Translations under genes and position numbers: made by a program
Notes under the pieces: generated by a model
What the model was told of the DNA's origin: nothing
Database searches by the model: none
What the model saw: only the letters and a program-made list of their open reading frames with translations
Source of the DNA: Dicyema japonicum
Taxonomy: Eukaryota > Animalia > Dicyemida
NCBI GenBank assembly: GCA_011109175.1
Contig: RDEW01000022.1
Span: 704,273-768,272, forward strand
DNA length: 64,000 nucleotides
Reading direction: 5' to 3'
Part shown: piece by piece, positions 25,260-36,441 of the stretch
Position numbering within the stretch: position 1 is the first letter of the stretch
How the letters are laid out: each line of letters starts with the position of its first letter

Positions 25260-26545
25260 AATTGTAGATTTCGCAATTTTTGAAATTTAATTTCAGTCCA
25301 GCTTCTGACAGGCTGGAATTATCACCTCCAAATCCCGGAAAACAAAATGTGATTACCTGTAAATGGATGAGAAGAGGTCCAATAATTTGTTACAGCTGTC
25401 ATCAAATTGGACACATCTCATACAAATGCATGGAAAAGAAGTGTCCGATGTGCTGGGGAACATGAAACTACTGATTCCAAAGTAAAACCTGGACCGTAAT
25501 GAACTGCGTAAAGTGCATGGAGCGATTGGGGATGCCCAATTGCAATAGCGGCTAGACAAAAACTGGATGTAGCCGATGGAAAAGGCTGAAGTCAGATATA
25601 TACCGGAAGCAATACCAAGGGAAAGGAAGACCCAGAGGAAAATAAACATGTGGGGAGGAAAAGACTAATGGCCGCCTCCTCCAAAGTAATGAGCCCGTTC
25701 GGCAGAATCAAATGAACATATCTGAGAAGATCTCCCAGGAATTGAAAAAGGTAATCTTGAGGCTAAATGAGCTCAGTACAATTCTGTGAATGAATTTAAA
25801 AGAAATGGTGTACCTGGCAATGGAGAGCCCAGGTCATCTAAATATCAGTTAAAAAGGAGTTGGAAGATAATGCTGGTGAATGCCCGATCCCTAGGGAAAA
25901 GGAATCATGAACTGGCACTACTTGTGACGACCACCATGGTTGAAGTCTTGGTGGTTAACAAGACAAAAGTCTAGAAGGCTAACACTCATTATGGATATTT
26001 CCCGGTGGATATATCAGGTACCGGGAACATTTCTACCATAATGTCAAAAAACCGTCCTTATGAAATATCTACAAAGGGCTAACTAACCCTGGGACGGATG
26101 CGAGGAAGGTTGTCCTGAATAATCCAGATGGAGTCACATACTTTGGAAGATTCTCGAATGTATTCAAGAATCAACTGAAGAATATTTAGGGCATCTATCC
26201 CATAACCTTAATTCCGAATGATATAAGAAAGGATTCCCTTGAACTTACTAAATATTCTTTGGATAGACTCAGAGCTGTTGAGGACGAAATCACCATTGAG
26301 GAGATCAAGACAACAATCAAAGAACGCAAGGCCAATGCACCGGACTTTGAATATATCAGCTTGAAGATGTTAAGGAAGGGCCAGAGGCTCTGCTGTTTGT
26401 TATACAAAATTTGTTTATCGGAAAGTGTGGACATATTCCAGAATGGTCGAAGAATTCAACAGTTAAAATGGTGCTAAGCCAGGAAATCGGGATCACTTAA
26501 TTAATTTGGTAATTAAATTAACATTGGTGTTCTTGGGTTAATAGA
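25260..26545 (+). mobile_element. Deleted LINE with a gag-type CCHC knuckle, APE start and RT start
   Basis: CYSCHQIGHISYKC (25280..25465); KIMLVNARSL (25786..25974); ITIEEIKTTIK..NAPDF (26259..26477); 3' GGGATCACTTAATTAATT...CTTGGGTTTAATAG. Confidence 0.6.
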
Positions 26546-26559
26546 GAACCATTAGTACA

Positions 26560-26845
26560 GCGTGGTCCACGTGGTGCTGCGTGACTAATTGGTTGAAGTT
26601 TTCTGCTTTTGTTTGTTCCTCCCCTTTCTTTTCCTATTAGAGTGGCGTCATGTGATCCACCTGTCTAGGTGACGCCTAGTGTCAGGCTGGCACAAAAAAG
26701 AATCATTTGCTCTCCCCCACTCCACTGGAGGAGTTTCCACAACTGCAATTATGGACGTCCTTTACTCTTTATGTTGATTCCGGATGGACTCTGTTTCTGT
26801 AGAAGTGGAAATCGGATACACTTAATTAGTTGTTTACTTTAACTT
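26560..26845 (+). mobile_element. Non-coding non-autonomous retroelement family A, copy 2
   Basis: Starts AGCGTGGTCCACGTGG; collinear with the other two copies. Confidence 0.9.
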
Positions 26846-26859
26846 CTTACTACCAATGA

Positions 26860-27260
26860 TTATGACGCCATGTTTTTATCTTATGCGGACGACTTGATTA
26901 TCGCTGCAAGGGACAAATCTCCCTCCAGGGCTGTGGCGTTGGTTCAGTCACACCTCAACCAGATGTATGACTGGCTATCCATGAATTTCCTGTGTCTGCA
27001 TCCAAGTTCACGCTATTTACTACGGACAGAAAATTTAAAAGTGGACTTGAGATATTTCTCGGAAACATTCCCATCCCTTATACACGAATCCAGAAGATCT
27101 TTGGAGTAACTTTCGACTCTCTGATAACGTTCGCCAGTCACACGGAGGAGGTGTTAACCAAGGGCCTTCGAAAATGGAACGTCCTAAAAGTCATCGTAAA
27201 GAAGAGCCCCTTCCCTCTTACTGTTTGTATCAACGAAGTATATCTCCAAGTTATTGCGCC
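26860..27260 (+). mobile_element. LINE RT C-terminal fragment
   Basis: FLSYADDLII; KIFGVTFDSLITFASH. Confidence 0.75.
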
Positions 27261-27269
27261 GACACATAA

Positions 27270-27700
27270 CCTTGAACGAAGTCGTTAGGCGTGCTTTGGA
27301 CGCTGCCGGACACCCCTCCATCCTTGAACCAGTCGGTCTTTGCAGGCGGGACTGGAAACGACCAGATGGGATGACAATCTTCCCTTTTGAAGCCGGGAAA
27401 CCATTTGTTTGAGACGTTACTTGCACCGACACGTTTGCCTCTTTCAACCTACTCCAGAGTGCCTCTGGAGCCAGTTCTGGCGCTGAGAAGGCCGAGAAGA
27501 ATAAACGGGAAAAATACGCGGTCCTACCCAAGGATTTTTTGTTTGTTCCACTCACCGTTGAGACGTCTGGTTCCCTTGCGCCTGCGACGCTGGAATTCTT
27601 GATTCGTCTAGGGAATCGGATCGCTACACAACTACCTCGCTCGCCATCCTGAGAGGGAATAGCCACACAGTCAGGGAAGCTGCTATATAACCGTTTACTC
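27270..27700 (+). mobile_element. CRE-clade RLE endonuclease domain and 3' end
   Basis: RALDAAGHPSILEPVGLCRRDWKRPDGMTIFPFEAGKPFV*DVTCTDTFA..EKYAVL..FVPLTVETSG..LAILRGN. Confidence 0.85.
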
Positions 27701-27788
27701 TCTTTTCTTTCCTTAGTTTATAAAATCAAAAACGATTGGCCTACTGATGAGTCATATTAATATAAATTAGTCAATTTTAAATAAGAAA

Positions 27789-28719
27789 TCAACGAGGACA
27801 GACGTTGTGCTTACCACCGTCAACATGGAGTGTCTCCCCAGTGATAAACCCACTTCTGCTTGAATCAGATAAAAAGAGGATAGTCTCAGCCACTTCCTCA
27901 GGGGCTCCATTTCTTCTCAAAGGATGAACGTTTTTCCCTCGTTCTAAAAACTTTAATATCCCAAAAGTTCCCACCTGTTGATATGCCTCTTCTTCAACTC
28001 CAGACCTCCTGTGTAGCTCCGTCACAATCAGTCCGGGACTGGGGTTATCACATAACTAACTTTACACTGTTCACTCTGATTTGCTTTGGACCAAGTTCCA
28101 ATGCAGAACAGCGAGTTAGTTGGTCGATAGCACTCTTAGAGATGCTGTATGAGAGCACATTGGGGAACTAAATAAGGGAAGAACACAAACCGATTTGGAG
28201 CCAGTAATGCTAGAGACATTGACAACTGACCCTTGAGTCTTTTCTAGGTGGGGGACAGCCAAATTCATCAAATACAATGGGGCACTACAATACTTACGCC
28301 CAAAACCGCAAATTAAGATTCAGCATTTGATCAAATTTATTCATGCTGATGTTCTCAATGTTGTCATTGGCTATTTTCCCAGCATTATTGACCTTATTTG
28401 AGCACGATGACTTACCAGAATGTCCAGACGACCAAAATAATTGATGCAGGTTTCCATTAGATAACTTAGTTGGGACAGTTCAGTACAATCAGTGGGAACC
28501 ACCAGATGCTGTTATTGTAAATATGGACATACATCTCCGGGGGAAGAACATTTGGCCTTAACTCTCATCAGTTGTTCCTCATTTCTTGATGCAAGGCATA
28601 ACCGTGCTCCGTTTTGGGCGAAGAGAAGAGCGGTAGCCTCACCAATGCCTGAACTTGCTCCTTTGGGTTAAAAAATGTGGAGAACCTGTGATGATTGCAA
28701 TTTTTCCTGATATCGTCAT
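27789..28719 (-). CDS. Classical short-chain dehydrogenase/reductase (FabG-like), 8 exons
   Basis: Spliced MTISGKIAIITGASSGIG..LDILVNNAG..NVSS..SYSISK..IRVNSVNPG..ITGETLHVDGG; intact TGxxxGIG and YxxxK; seven GT-AG introns of 22-25 nt. Confidence 0.92.
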
Positions 28720-28849
28720 TGCAATATTCTTAATGTTATTTTAAATATCAAAATTTTTTAAATAAAATCTTATGTTAAATAAATAAAATTTTTATATTTG
28801 CAAAATTTAATTCAGCTTTTACAAATTACTCACAGTGGACCCCGAAAAA

Positions 28850-30050
28850 TTCGCTCAGTGCAAGTTGTGCATGGAAGAGAATCGTTCGACATTCCCTACC
28901 CTTCTACGACCTTCCGAAGGGTGGGCTACCAAATCTCTCGTTTTCTCTTTGCTACTTCTGATGTATAACCTAATCCTGGACCCGACTCTACACTGATTAT
29001 CCTACAATTAAATGTAAATGGAATCCGCAATAAAGTGTTGGAACTACGCTCCCTCTTATCCCACTTGAATGTGGACATTGCCATCATTGAAGAATCGAAG
29101 CTCTCTAGAACATCCCCAACCCATTGTTTTCCTGGATATTCTGTACTTCGCAACGACCGGACAAGAAGTCTCGGAGAAGGATTATTTATTATCATTAAGG
29201 ATGGACTTAAATTTACAGATGTCACCCCATTTATATCTTCTCTCTGCGAAGGGGATTTAACTATGGAACAGATTTCTATTGAAGTATCCTTTTACCGACG
29301 AGATGTTTTACACTGTGTAATGTCTTTATCCAGCCTCAAGGGTCGTGTAATACTTCCTATATCCCCAACATATTGAGATTCTGTGGACTGAAGGATCTGT
29401 TACTATGCGGAGACTTAAATGTAAAATATCCGCTCTGGCTGAGGTCACAATGAGTCGACAATCGCAGAGAGTACATCCTATCTATATTCGACGAATTAAC
29501 TATTCTTAATAATCCGGATTCCCATACCGAAGAGGGGACAGCCCAACCTTCCCGGACTTGTCATTATGTACTCCCTCTTGCTGGAAATTTTTCATGGGAT
29601 GTTCGTTATGGTTTTAAAAGTGACCATAACCCAATTGTGTTGAGACTTAAAAGATCTATTTGTTTGCCAAGATGTTCTACGTATTTCAAGAACAATTCGA
29701 AGCCAAACTGGACTGGTTTCAGCACGTTTGTGGATAGTTGAATATTAGGCTTCTCTGTTGAAGACTTAATATTGATAAGGGAGCTCAAATATTACTGCTT
29801 GTATCAGCAACTATATCTTCAAGTTATTGTGCCGATGATTGAATATGCCTGTTCTGCTTTGAGATTCGCTCCTCCCCCTTCGAGGGTATGAACTATCAGA
29901 CTGAAGATCATGCGACATATCAGACACCATATCCATCCCCAGTCTCCTTTCAGAGGCGGCGACGTTGAGAAATAGACAGGGCTTCCTACGTATGTAAAAG
30001 GAGCTAGGAAACCTATTAAGAGAGAGGGTGGTTCATGCGGAGGAATTCAA
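28850..30050 (+). mobile_element. Degenerate Ingi/Vingi-like LINE (5' region and APE)
   Basis: ATSDV*PNPGPDSTLIILQLNVNGIRNK..EESKL..RNDRTRSLGEG; later GDLN, SDHNPI and EYACSA fragments. Confidence 0.8.
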
Positions 30051-30114
30051 ATCGGCATTAAAAAAAGTGCACTCCGATAAAATTCCTCTGCAGAAATAAA
30101 AAAAGATACTTCAT

Positions 30115-31190
30115 GAAGTTTTTTTTTATTTAAAAACCAAGAATCATAGACAAAATAAAATAAAAGAGAGTAGTGGCCGTCAGGTGATCCTGGCCTTTTT
30201 AAGCAGTCGCCTCATTTTTTTCATGTCGCCCATAAAGAGGTTGAAGAGAATGGGTGACAGTGGGACCCATTCGAAAAAATTTAGTGAGAGAAAATGTGAA
30301 ATTTGAAATTACTCTTCGTGCGTTGAGGAAGTTTGTAAGCCAAATTTTCAAGTTTGAATGTTATAGCCATAAATCTTTCTGGTGAGTAATTTTCTCGGAA
30401 TACAAACAAAAGCCTTCTGTACGTCAATGGAACACATAAGGATCTTTTGATGCCGAGGTATACATTGTAGGCCCTCCTTGATGAATTTTGTCAAACATGT
30501 AAGGTGAGTAGTTGTGGAGTGAGTCTTTTTAAAACCATGTTGGAAGGATACTTCCGGGAGGTAAGGTTTAATCTGATCGAGAATGAGTTTTTCCAGAATT
30601 TTTAAAGAGGCACACAGAAGAGATATATGTAAGTCAGAGACCGATGAGTCCCAGACCGTTCAGGTTTTTGGTCGTATATCGGATAATTTCCATAAGGTGG
30701 GGATGAAGTTCCTGCTGATGAAGAGGTTGAAAATTGTGGTGAGGAACATGATAGCGTAAGGACCCATCTTCTTCAATACTATTAGTAGGGATAATATGTG
30801 GACCGCTTGAGTAGGTCGATTTTTGGTTTTGAATCGCCTTCCGCACGACATCCATATAAAGATAGTTTATGATTGCGTCGTGTTTCGGTTTGATGGAAGA
30901 AATGGAAACCCTCAATTTTCTGGTGTGGGATAAAGCTCACGGAATAATCAACCTTCATGATCTTGTTTAAATAGTTCTTATTCTCTAGGTCTTAGCAAGG
31001 ACGAGATCTCACAGAGTTGGTGAAGCCCCGAAGAGTATTCCACATCCTCGTGAAGGAGGACTGTTTGTTTAGGTGTACATAAGGTTATTCCAGTCCCTTT
31101 CCTGTTTCATCTTAGCCTTGTTTCTGATCTCTCCAGGCTCGGATCCTCGCCCTGGTTTCCCAAGATTGATTCTGTAGGCTTTTTAAAATA
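30115..31190 (-). mobile_element. LINE RT fragment with 3' end
   Basis: SSGPH..LKKMG..FLTTIFNLFISRNFIPTLWKLSDIRP; SKILEKLI..HGFK; end shared with 11620-11710. Confidence 0.75.
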
Positions 31191-31199
31191 TTTCTTTCT

Positions 31200-31900
31200 T
31201 TTGTAAGTGAATCGGAAAAATTTTCCAAGGTGTAATATGCAATGATGCCAGATCACAGGATTATGTTCATTATCTGTCATTTAATGACGAGTCCTTGAAG
31301 ACCATTTTTATATCAAATCATTGAAGGACATCCGTCAGTTGCAATCGAAACCATTTTCAAGACATCCAATTTTTGTTGTTTAAGACATTGCCAAATTCCC
31401 GAAATATATCTTCCTTTTGTGGATCCATTAATAGAGCGCAATGTAAGAAATTCTTTGTAGACTAAAAAGTCCGGCATAACTCCTCTGATAAATATGGATA
31501 ATTGTTGGGTATCGGCGATATCCATAGTCGTATTCAATGCTATAGAATATCAACGGAAAAATTAGATTTGGTTAACATTTAGCTCTCCAAATTGTTAGAA
31601 ATGACTTTGATTCTCCGAGAAACTGTGTCATTTCTGAGTTGTAATTTGCTAGCAATTTTCTGTGATTATGCGAATAGCTTGCTTCATAAGTTCCCCGTCA
31701 GTGTAAGGTTTCATATGGTTTGCGATAAGATGACTAATCTTGTTTGAAGTTATTGTAATGGATTTTGATAACATGGGCTGTCAAAAACGAAGAATTTTCC
31801 TCCCATTCGGGTTAAATGCACGATTTTCTTGAATAATCTTTCTACTTCTTTTAACACGTTTTTCAAACATCACAAAGAATATTAATGATAATATTTTTAT
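31200..31900 (-). pseudogene. Decayed hAT transposase (GTF2IRD2/SPIN-like)
   Basis: TTMDIADTQQLSIFIRGV..EFLTLRSINGSTKG..KMVSIATDGCPSM; upstream KPYTDGELMK. Confidence 0.75.
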
Positions 31901-32276
31901 AATTTAAGCGTGCCGCACCTAGTTGAGGATTTGAAATAGATAATTCCCGATCTCTGGGCTTGAGAAAGTTTCGTTTTTTGAAGTAAAGCAATATCCACAT
32001 AATTATCCATAATAAAATGGCGTAGTTTAGCTATTTAGTACGGATTCCATTAATATTTATTTGGGCTATACCTAAGGCTTTTTCTGGATTGGGTTCGACG
32101 TATCCGAAAGAAGAAAAACACAACACCACCGACGTCTGAAGGAGAAAGGGATAAGGGGTTTATGGCTCTTTTAACATTTGATGTCTAATGCAACTACATT
32201 AAAATATTTAAAAATCATTTAAATATTTTTATTAAAGATTAAATATTTGAATTTGAAATTTGTGTTTAGTGGACAA

Positions 32277-32833
32277 ATGTCTACTCCGGCAAGAAGACGA
32301 CTGATGAAAGACTTTCAATGGTACATATCATTCTTAAAGCTAGTCTAAGAGACGACCCCCCAGCGGGTGTAAGTGCTGTCCCTACAGATGATAACATAAT
32401 GCAGTGGAATGCCGTGATTTTTGGGTTGTCAAATTAGTTTACTTCAGTCCATATAAAACGCCGTTTTCTGACGGAATTTTTAAGCTTATTCTTACATTTA
32501 CAGAAGAGTACCCAAGATGTCCTCCAATTCCAAGATTTGTGACCCCTGTTTTCCACCCAAATGGTATTTTTCTTGTTTACGTCAGTTTACACGAACGGAC
32601 ACATTTGCCTGGACATTTTGCATAATAGATGGGCCGCCGTGTACGACGTCTCCGCAGTCCTCACTTCAATTCAGGTTGGAATCTTGATTTATTAGTCCTT
32701 ACTGGACACTCCCAATACTGACTCCCCGGCCAATACTAACGCGGCTAATTTATATGTCGACGACATGGATGCCTATAATCTTAAAGTGAGGGAATGTGTA
32801 GAAAACAGCTGGGAGTGGGTCCCTTTTACTTGA
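32277..32833 (+). CDS. UBE2A: E2 ubiquitin-conjugating enzyme Rad6/UBE2A
   Basis: [39 protein letters not shown]; introns 32321-32343, 32425-32447, 32564-32585 and 32675-32695 (23, 23, 22, 21 nt); spliced frame fully open. Confidence 0.97.
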
Positions 32834-32980
32834 TTATTTTTATTATTTGTGGTGGTAATAATCCAGACTCTTCAAATCTCCCTTTTCCTCAGGTATCGAT
32901 GACTAGCTGGCCAATAAACCGTGCATATATTTGTGATTGGAGATCATTTTAATGTTGTCATCCTTCTCTAGCTTATACTC

Positions 32981-33250
32981 AGGAGGCTCAGTGTGTGGTG
33001 CCTGGTAAGAGGCCTGAAGGTCCCTAGTTCGAACCCAGATGTTGTACATTTCGGTTGAAGGTTCCACGCATCTTGATCCTTCGGTTTTACGAGTGACGTC
33101 GTCATCAGTGAACATTTCACTGCAGATCTTCCATAAAGGACATACACCCATAATAATAAGTGAAGAGCATCTTTGGTCCTCCTTCTATTAGTTATAATAA
33201 CTGTTGTTTACTTAAAGTGTGTGTCCTGCCTGAATTATAGCTAATATGGC
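32981..33250 (+). mobile_element. tRNA-derived SINE (family B), uninterrupted copy
   Basis: GGAGGCTCAGTG..CCTGAAGGTCCCTAGTTCGAACCC head; body and tail shared with 4648-5226. Confidence 0.7.
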
Positions 33251-33260
33251 TGTGAGTATA

Positions 33261-34200
33261 ATTATTAACCCAAGATTACATAATTAATTAGATGATTTCG
33301 AAGACCTCAATCAGAATTCTCATCCTCTTCTTATGTACCTTCTGGAATCCAACGCAGCTTCTCTGTGGCAAGATGATTTGGGGAATAGAAATTGGAGAGG
33401 AGTCATGTATATCCTTCTCATAAGACACGTCCTGCCTGCACAAGGGAGAAAATCCCTTTCTATTTTGTCTAATAAGGTCTTCAAGTTAAGAGGGGATTAA
33501 ATTTTCCAGTTTCCTAAGATTACTAGTAGTAGTGGCTATTAAAAACTAAATGTCGCTGATTTGTTTGTTCGTCCATGACAGATTGATTCCCCATGACGCA
33601 AAGGCATAGCTGACAGATGGCTCAATGAATTGTTTTTACGATAATTTCAAAGCTGGGGGAGGGGTCTAATGCCACCAAAAATAGATTTGATTATCCCTAG
33701 CTTTCTTGAGCAGCTTCCGGAGATTCCTTCGACGTGAGAAGAATAGGCATGTGTGTGTCGAAGGTGATCCCCAAGATTTTCAGTTTCTTAGTGTATTTTT
33801 GTCTGGTTGATGGATAATCCACGGTCATTTGTTCAAGTCGTTTGTCTGAGGTAAATAAGGACGAAGATGATTTTCCAGTAGATATATCAAGCCGGTTATA
33901 ATTTATCCAAATTTGAATCTTGTATTCTTGTAGTCTTTCTGATGCCTTTAGGAGATCTTGATCGCGGGATCCGACTAATAGGTCATCAGCTATACTCTGC
34001 ACAGATGGATGTAAGCATTTTACAACTTCGTTGTGTCTTCGGACGTAATCATTATTTAACATTTTAACACACTGAGTGGCCAGGTTGTCAACAGTCTTCT
34101 TGTTTTCCTTGCAATGGTTACATAATGTCCCCGACGTAGAAAAGAACAGATTCCTGTCTTGCAAGAGACAATCTTCTATCTTCAAAATATGCCAATGCAA
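33261..34200 (-). mobile_element. Chimeric retroelement: RLE-LINE zinc-finger fragment joined to the 3' part of an APE-LINE
   Basis: CNHC..LATQCVKMLNNDYVRRHNEVVKCLH (like 61067-61150) fused to ADDLLVGSRDQD..LKILGITFDTH (very similar to 54250-54510); ends CTTGGGTTAATAATT. Confidence 0.75.
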
Positions 34201-34336
34201 TTTCTGCTATAAATGATAAAGATCACCTTACCTCCGTTAAATAACAGAGGTTTTTGCTTGGATTAATTAGTTGTGACTGTGGTGGGCTTACCAAAGATTG
34301 TGAACATGGGGTTAATAAATTGTGATGCCTATAGAC

Positions 34337-35510
34337 CAGTGGTTCTCGAACTTTTAAAAAAGACGTCTCGATCCTCTTTTATTTGTTTATTTGCTTGCGT
34401 TCCTTCATTAAATTAGTGAATATCATTTTAACAAAAACAAAAATTAGTGCAAAATTTTTAGGGTTAGGAATGATAATTAATGAGATGGAGGCGCTTGTTT
34501 GGCCATCACCAGTTTTTCTAAGTCGGGTTGTGTTTTGGACAATGCAACCCTCATGTCATTTGACACATCCAATCTATTGCGGAATTTTGATTTGACGGTA
34601 AGTAGTGCTGAAAACGCTGTCTCACACTCATATGTTGCAAATGGAATAAGCACTGTAAGCGCCATCCTTGCCAATTCTGAATAGGAATCAGCCATTTGAA
34701 TCCAAAAATCACTTTGGGAAACTTCGTTGAAAACGTGTTTTGCATATCCATCATTAAACAAATCGATAAATTGTTCCTGAATTATATGGTTTTCAGAAGG
34801 GAGATCCTTAACTGAAGTTGCAAATGGGTTACTGAGTAAACGATGTTACTTATCAAATTCAGAAATATCAGAAAATATCTAAAAATTTATAAATATCGAA
34901 AAAATACCTAGAAATGTTTCATTTTGAAACCAGTCATTTTTTCATGGCAATGGAGGACTGTGGTATCTCTTCCTTGCAGTTGTAAATTAACAAAATCCAC
35001 AGATTCAAATACATCCACCAAAAATTCCAATAAAGTCAATAAACGAGTATCAGAAAATTTTTCATGCAGTTTTGGTTCGACGTCTTTAAGAAATTCATGT
35101 AATTCTTTTCGTAGTGTAAATGCTCTCTTCAATACCTTTCCTTATGAAAGCCATCTCACATTGATCAATCTTTGGGCTTTGAATTTGAAGAAATCAACAT
35201 CCTTTTGTGTTGAACTAGGATGTTTGGATTCCATATGCCTCTTTAACTTGCTCGGCTTAAGTGATACAGACGCCAAAACCTCAGAATACACTGTGGTTTT
35301 AATTTACCTTCAGAAGTTATCAGAGTGAATCCATATTTGATATATGTATTTTTATTCATTGAATTATTTGAACAGGTCATTCCCACAAAGATAAAATTGA
35401 GCACGTTTTTTTAAAATTTAATTCAAAATAATTTTAAAAATTATAATGTAAAAGTAGACTAATATAAATTACTATAGATTGTTCCCCGGACCCCAGTTTG
35501 AGATACACTG
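34337..35510 (-). mobile_element. Internally deleted hAT/Charlie DNA transposon with both TIRs and a perfect 8-bp TSD
   Basis: CAGTGGTTCTC ... GAGATACACTG flanked by CTATAGAC on both sides (34329-34336, 35511-35518); ZBED5/SCAND3-like fragments (FATYECETAFS..KSKFRNRLDV; NLQLQG). Confidence 0.92.
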
Positions 35511-35906
35511 CTATAGACGATCCAATAAGTCTCTTGTAAACATAAGGGAGCAAAAGTATACAGGATCACATCTTTAAATACTACAATTAGACTGACAAGT
35601 CGATATAGAAATATATAACAAAATTCAGGCAATCTTGGAATAATCCTAGATTGTCACTTGAATGTCCCCATATCCCTATTACTCCATTAATCCCCACTAT
35701 ACAGCACTTGACAAATCACTCAATCACATAAAAGCAAAACATCAATCCCTAACCATATCTCTCCAGTACGACAACAATCATGAGCACAGCGCACAACATG
35801 ACAGCACGCATCCTGTTTAACAAATCCTACCAGAATTGACTCGCCAAGTGAAACTACACAACCTCCCTCAAAAGTTATAAATCAATAAAAATGTCATAAA
35901 GAATTA

Positions 35907-36343
35907 TTAGTCATCAAGTTGGACATTGTTGAACAACGAGTTGACATCTTTGATCTGAAGGCTGAGATTGTCCCACAGTCCAACCAAATCATCGTCAAGG
36001 ACCATTCTTTCCTTCCTTCCACTCTACAATAAGCTACCTTACTACAATATTGGCAGCACAGTGTTCCTTGAATTTTTTGAATCGGCAGTTTATGAGGAGG
36101 TTGGCCTTCCCTATGGCACAGTAAATAGATTCGGCCACTAATAATGATAAATTGGCAAATCAATAAGATAATTATTGGAAAATCACGAATACCTTCATTG
36201 TCCAAATCCTCTGAATACTCAAGAATCTTTCGACCTTGATCAATTCTCAAATTGAGACTGGTTTGAGCCTCCTCTAAATAGCCAAGGTATTTATTTCCGA
36301 TTGGGTTGGTCTCTTCTTTGTTATTGGTATTTAATACGTCCAT
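35907..36343 (-). CDS. DLGAP: Stand-alone GKAP-domain protein (DLGAP/HURP-like), about 120 aa, 3 exons
   Basis: Spliced ..IYCAIGKANLLINCRFKKFKEHC..DDLVGLWDNLSLQIKDVNSLF matches the GKAP/GH1 pattern (AVG.A.LL..KF.QF..C..DL.G.WD.L.L.I.DV..F); introns of 55 and 22 nt. Confidence 0.72.
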
Positions 36344-36441
36344 ACCACAATGATTACAATAAAAATGATAGTCGGCGCGAAATTTAAATATTAAAAAATA
36401 AATTTATTTATAAACTTAAAACAACATAAATTAAATCTCAT

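Noticed and set aside
27744-27790. CTGATGA hammerhead-like core
   Set aside because: I could not build stem II, the GAAA core and the flanking stems around it.
32076-32190. Short coding-looking stretch upstream of UBE2A
   Set aside because: No start codon or consistent upstream exon could be found.
32255-32279. AG dinucleotides just upstream of several ATGs as trans-splice acceptors
   Set aside because: Present for some genes (UBE2A, HSD17B10-like) but not others (MIGA, BPL_N, GKAP protein); not discriminating without transcripts.
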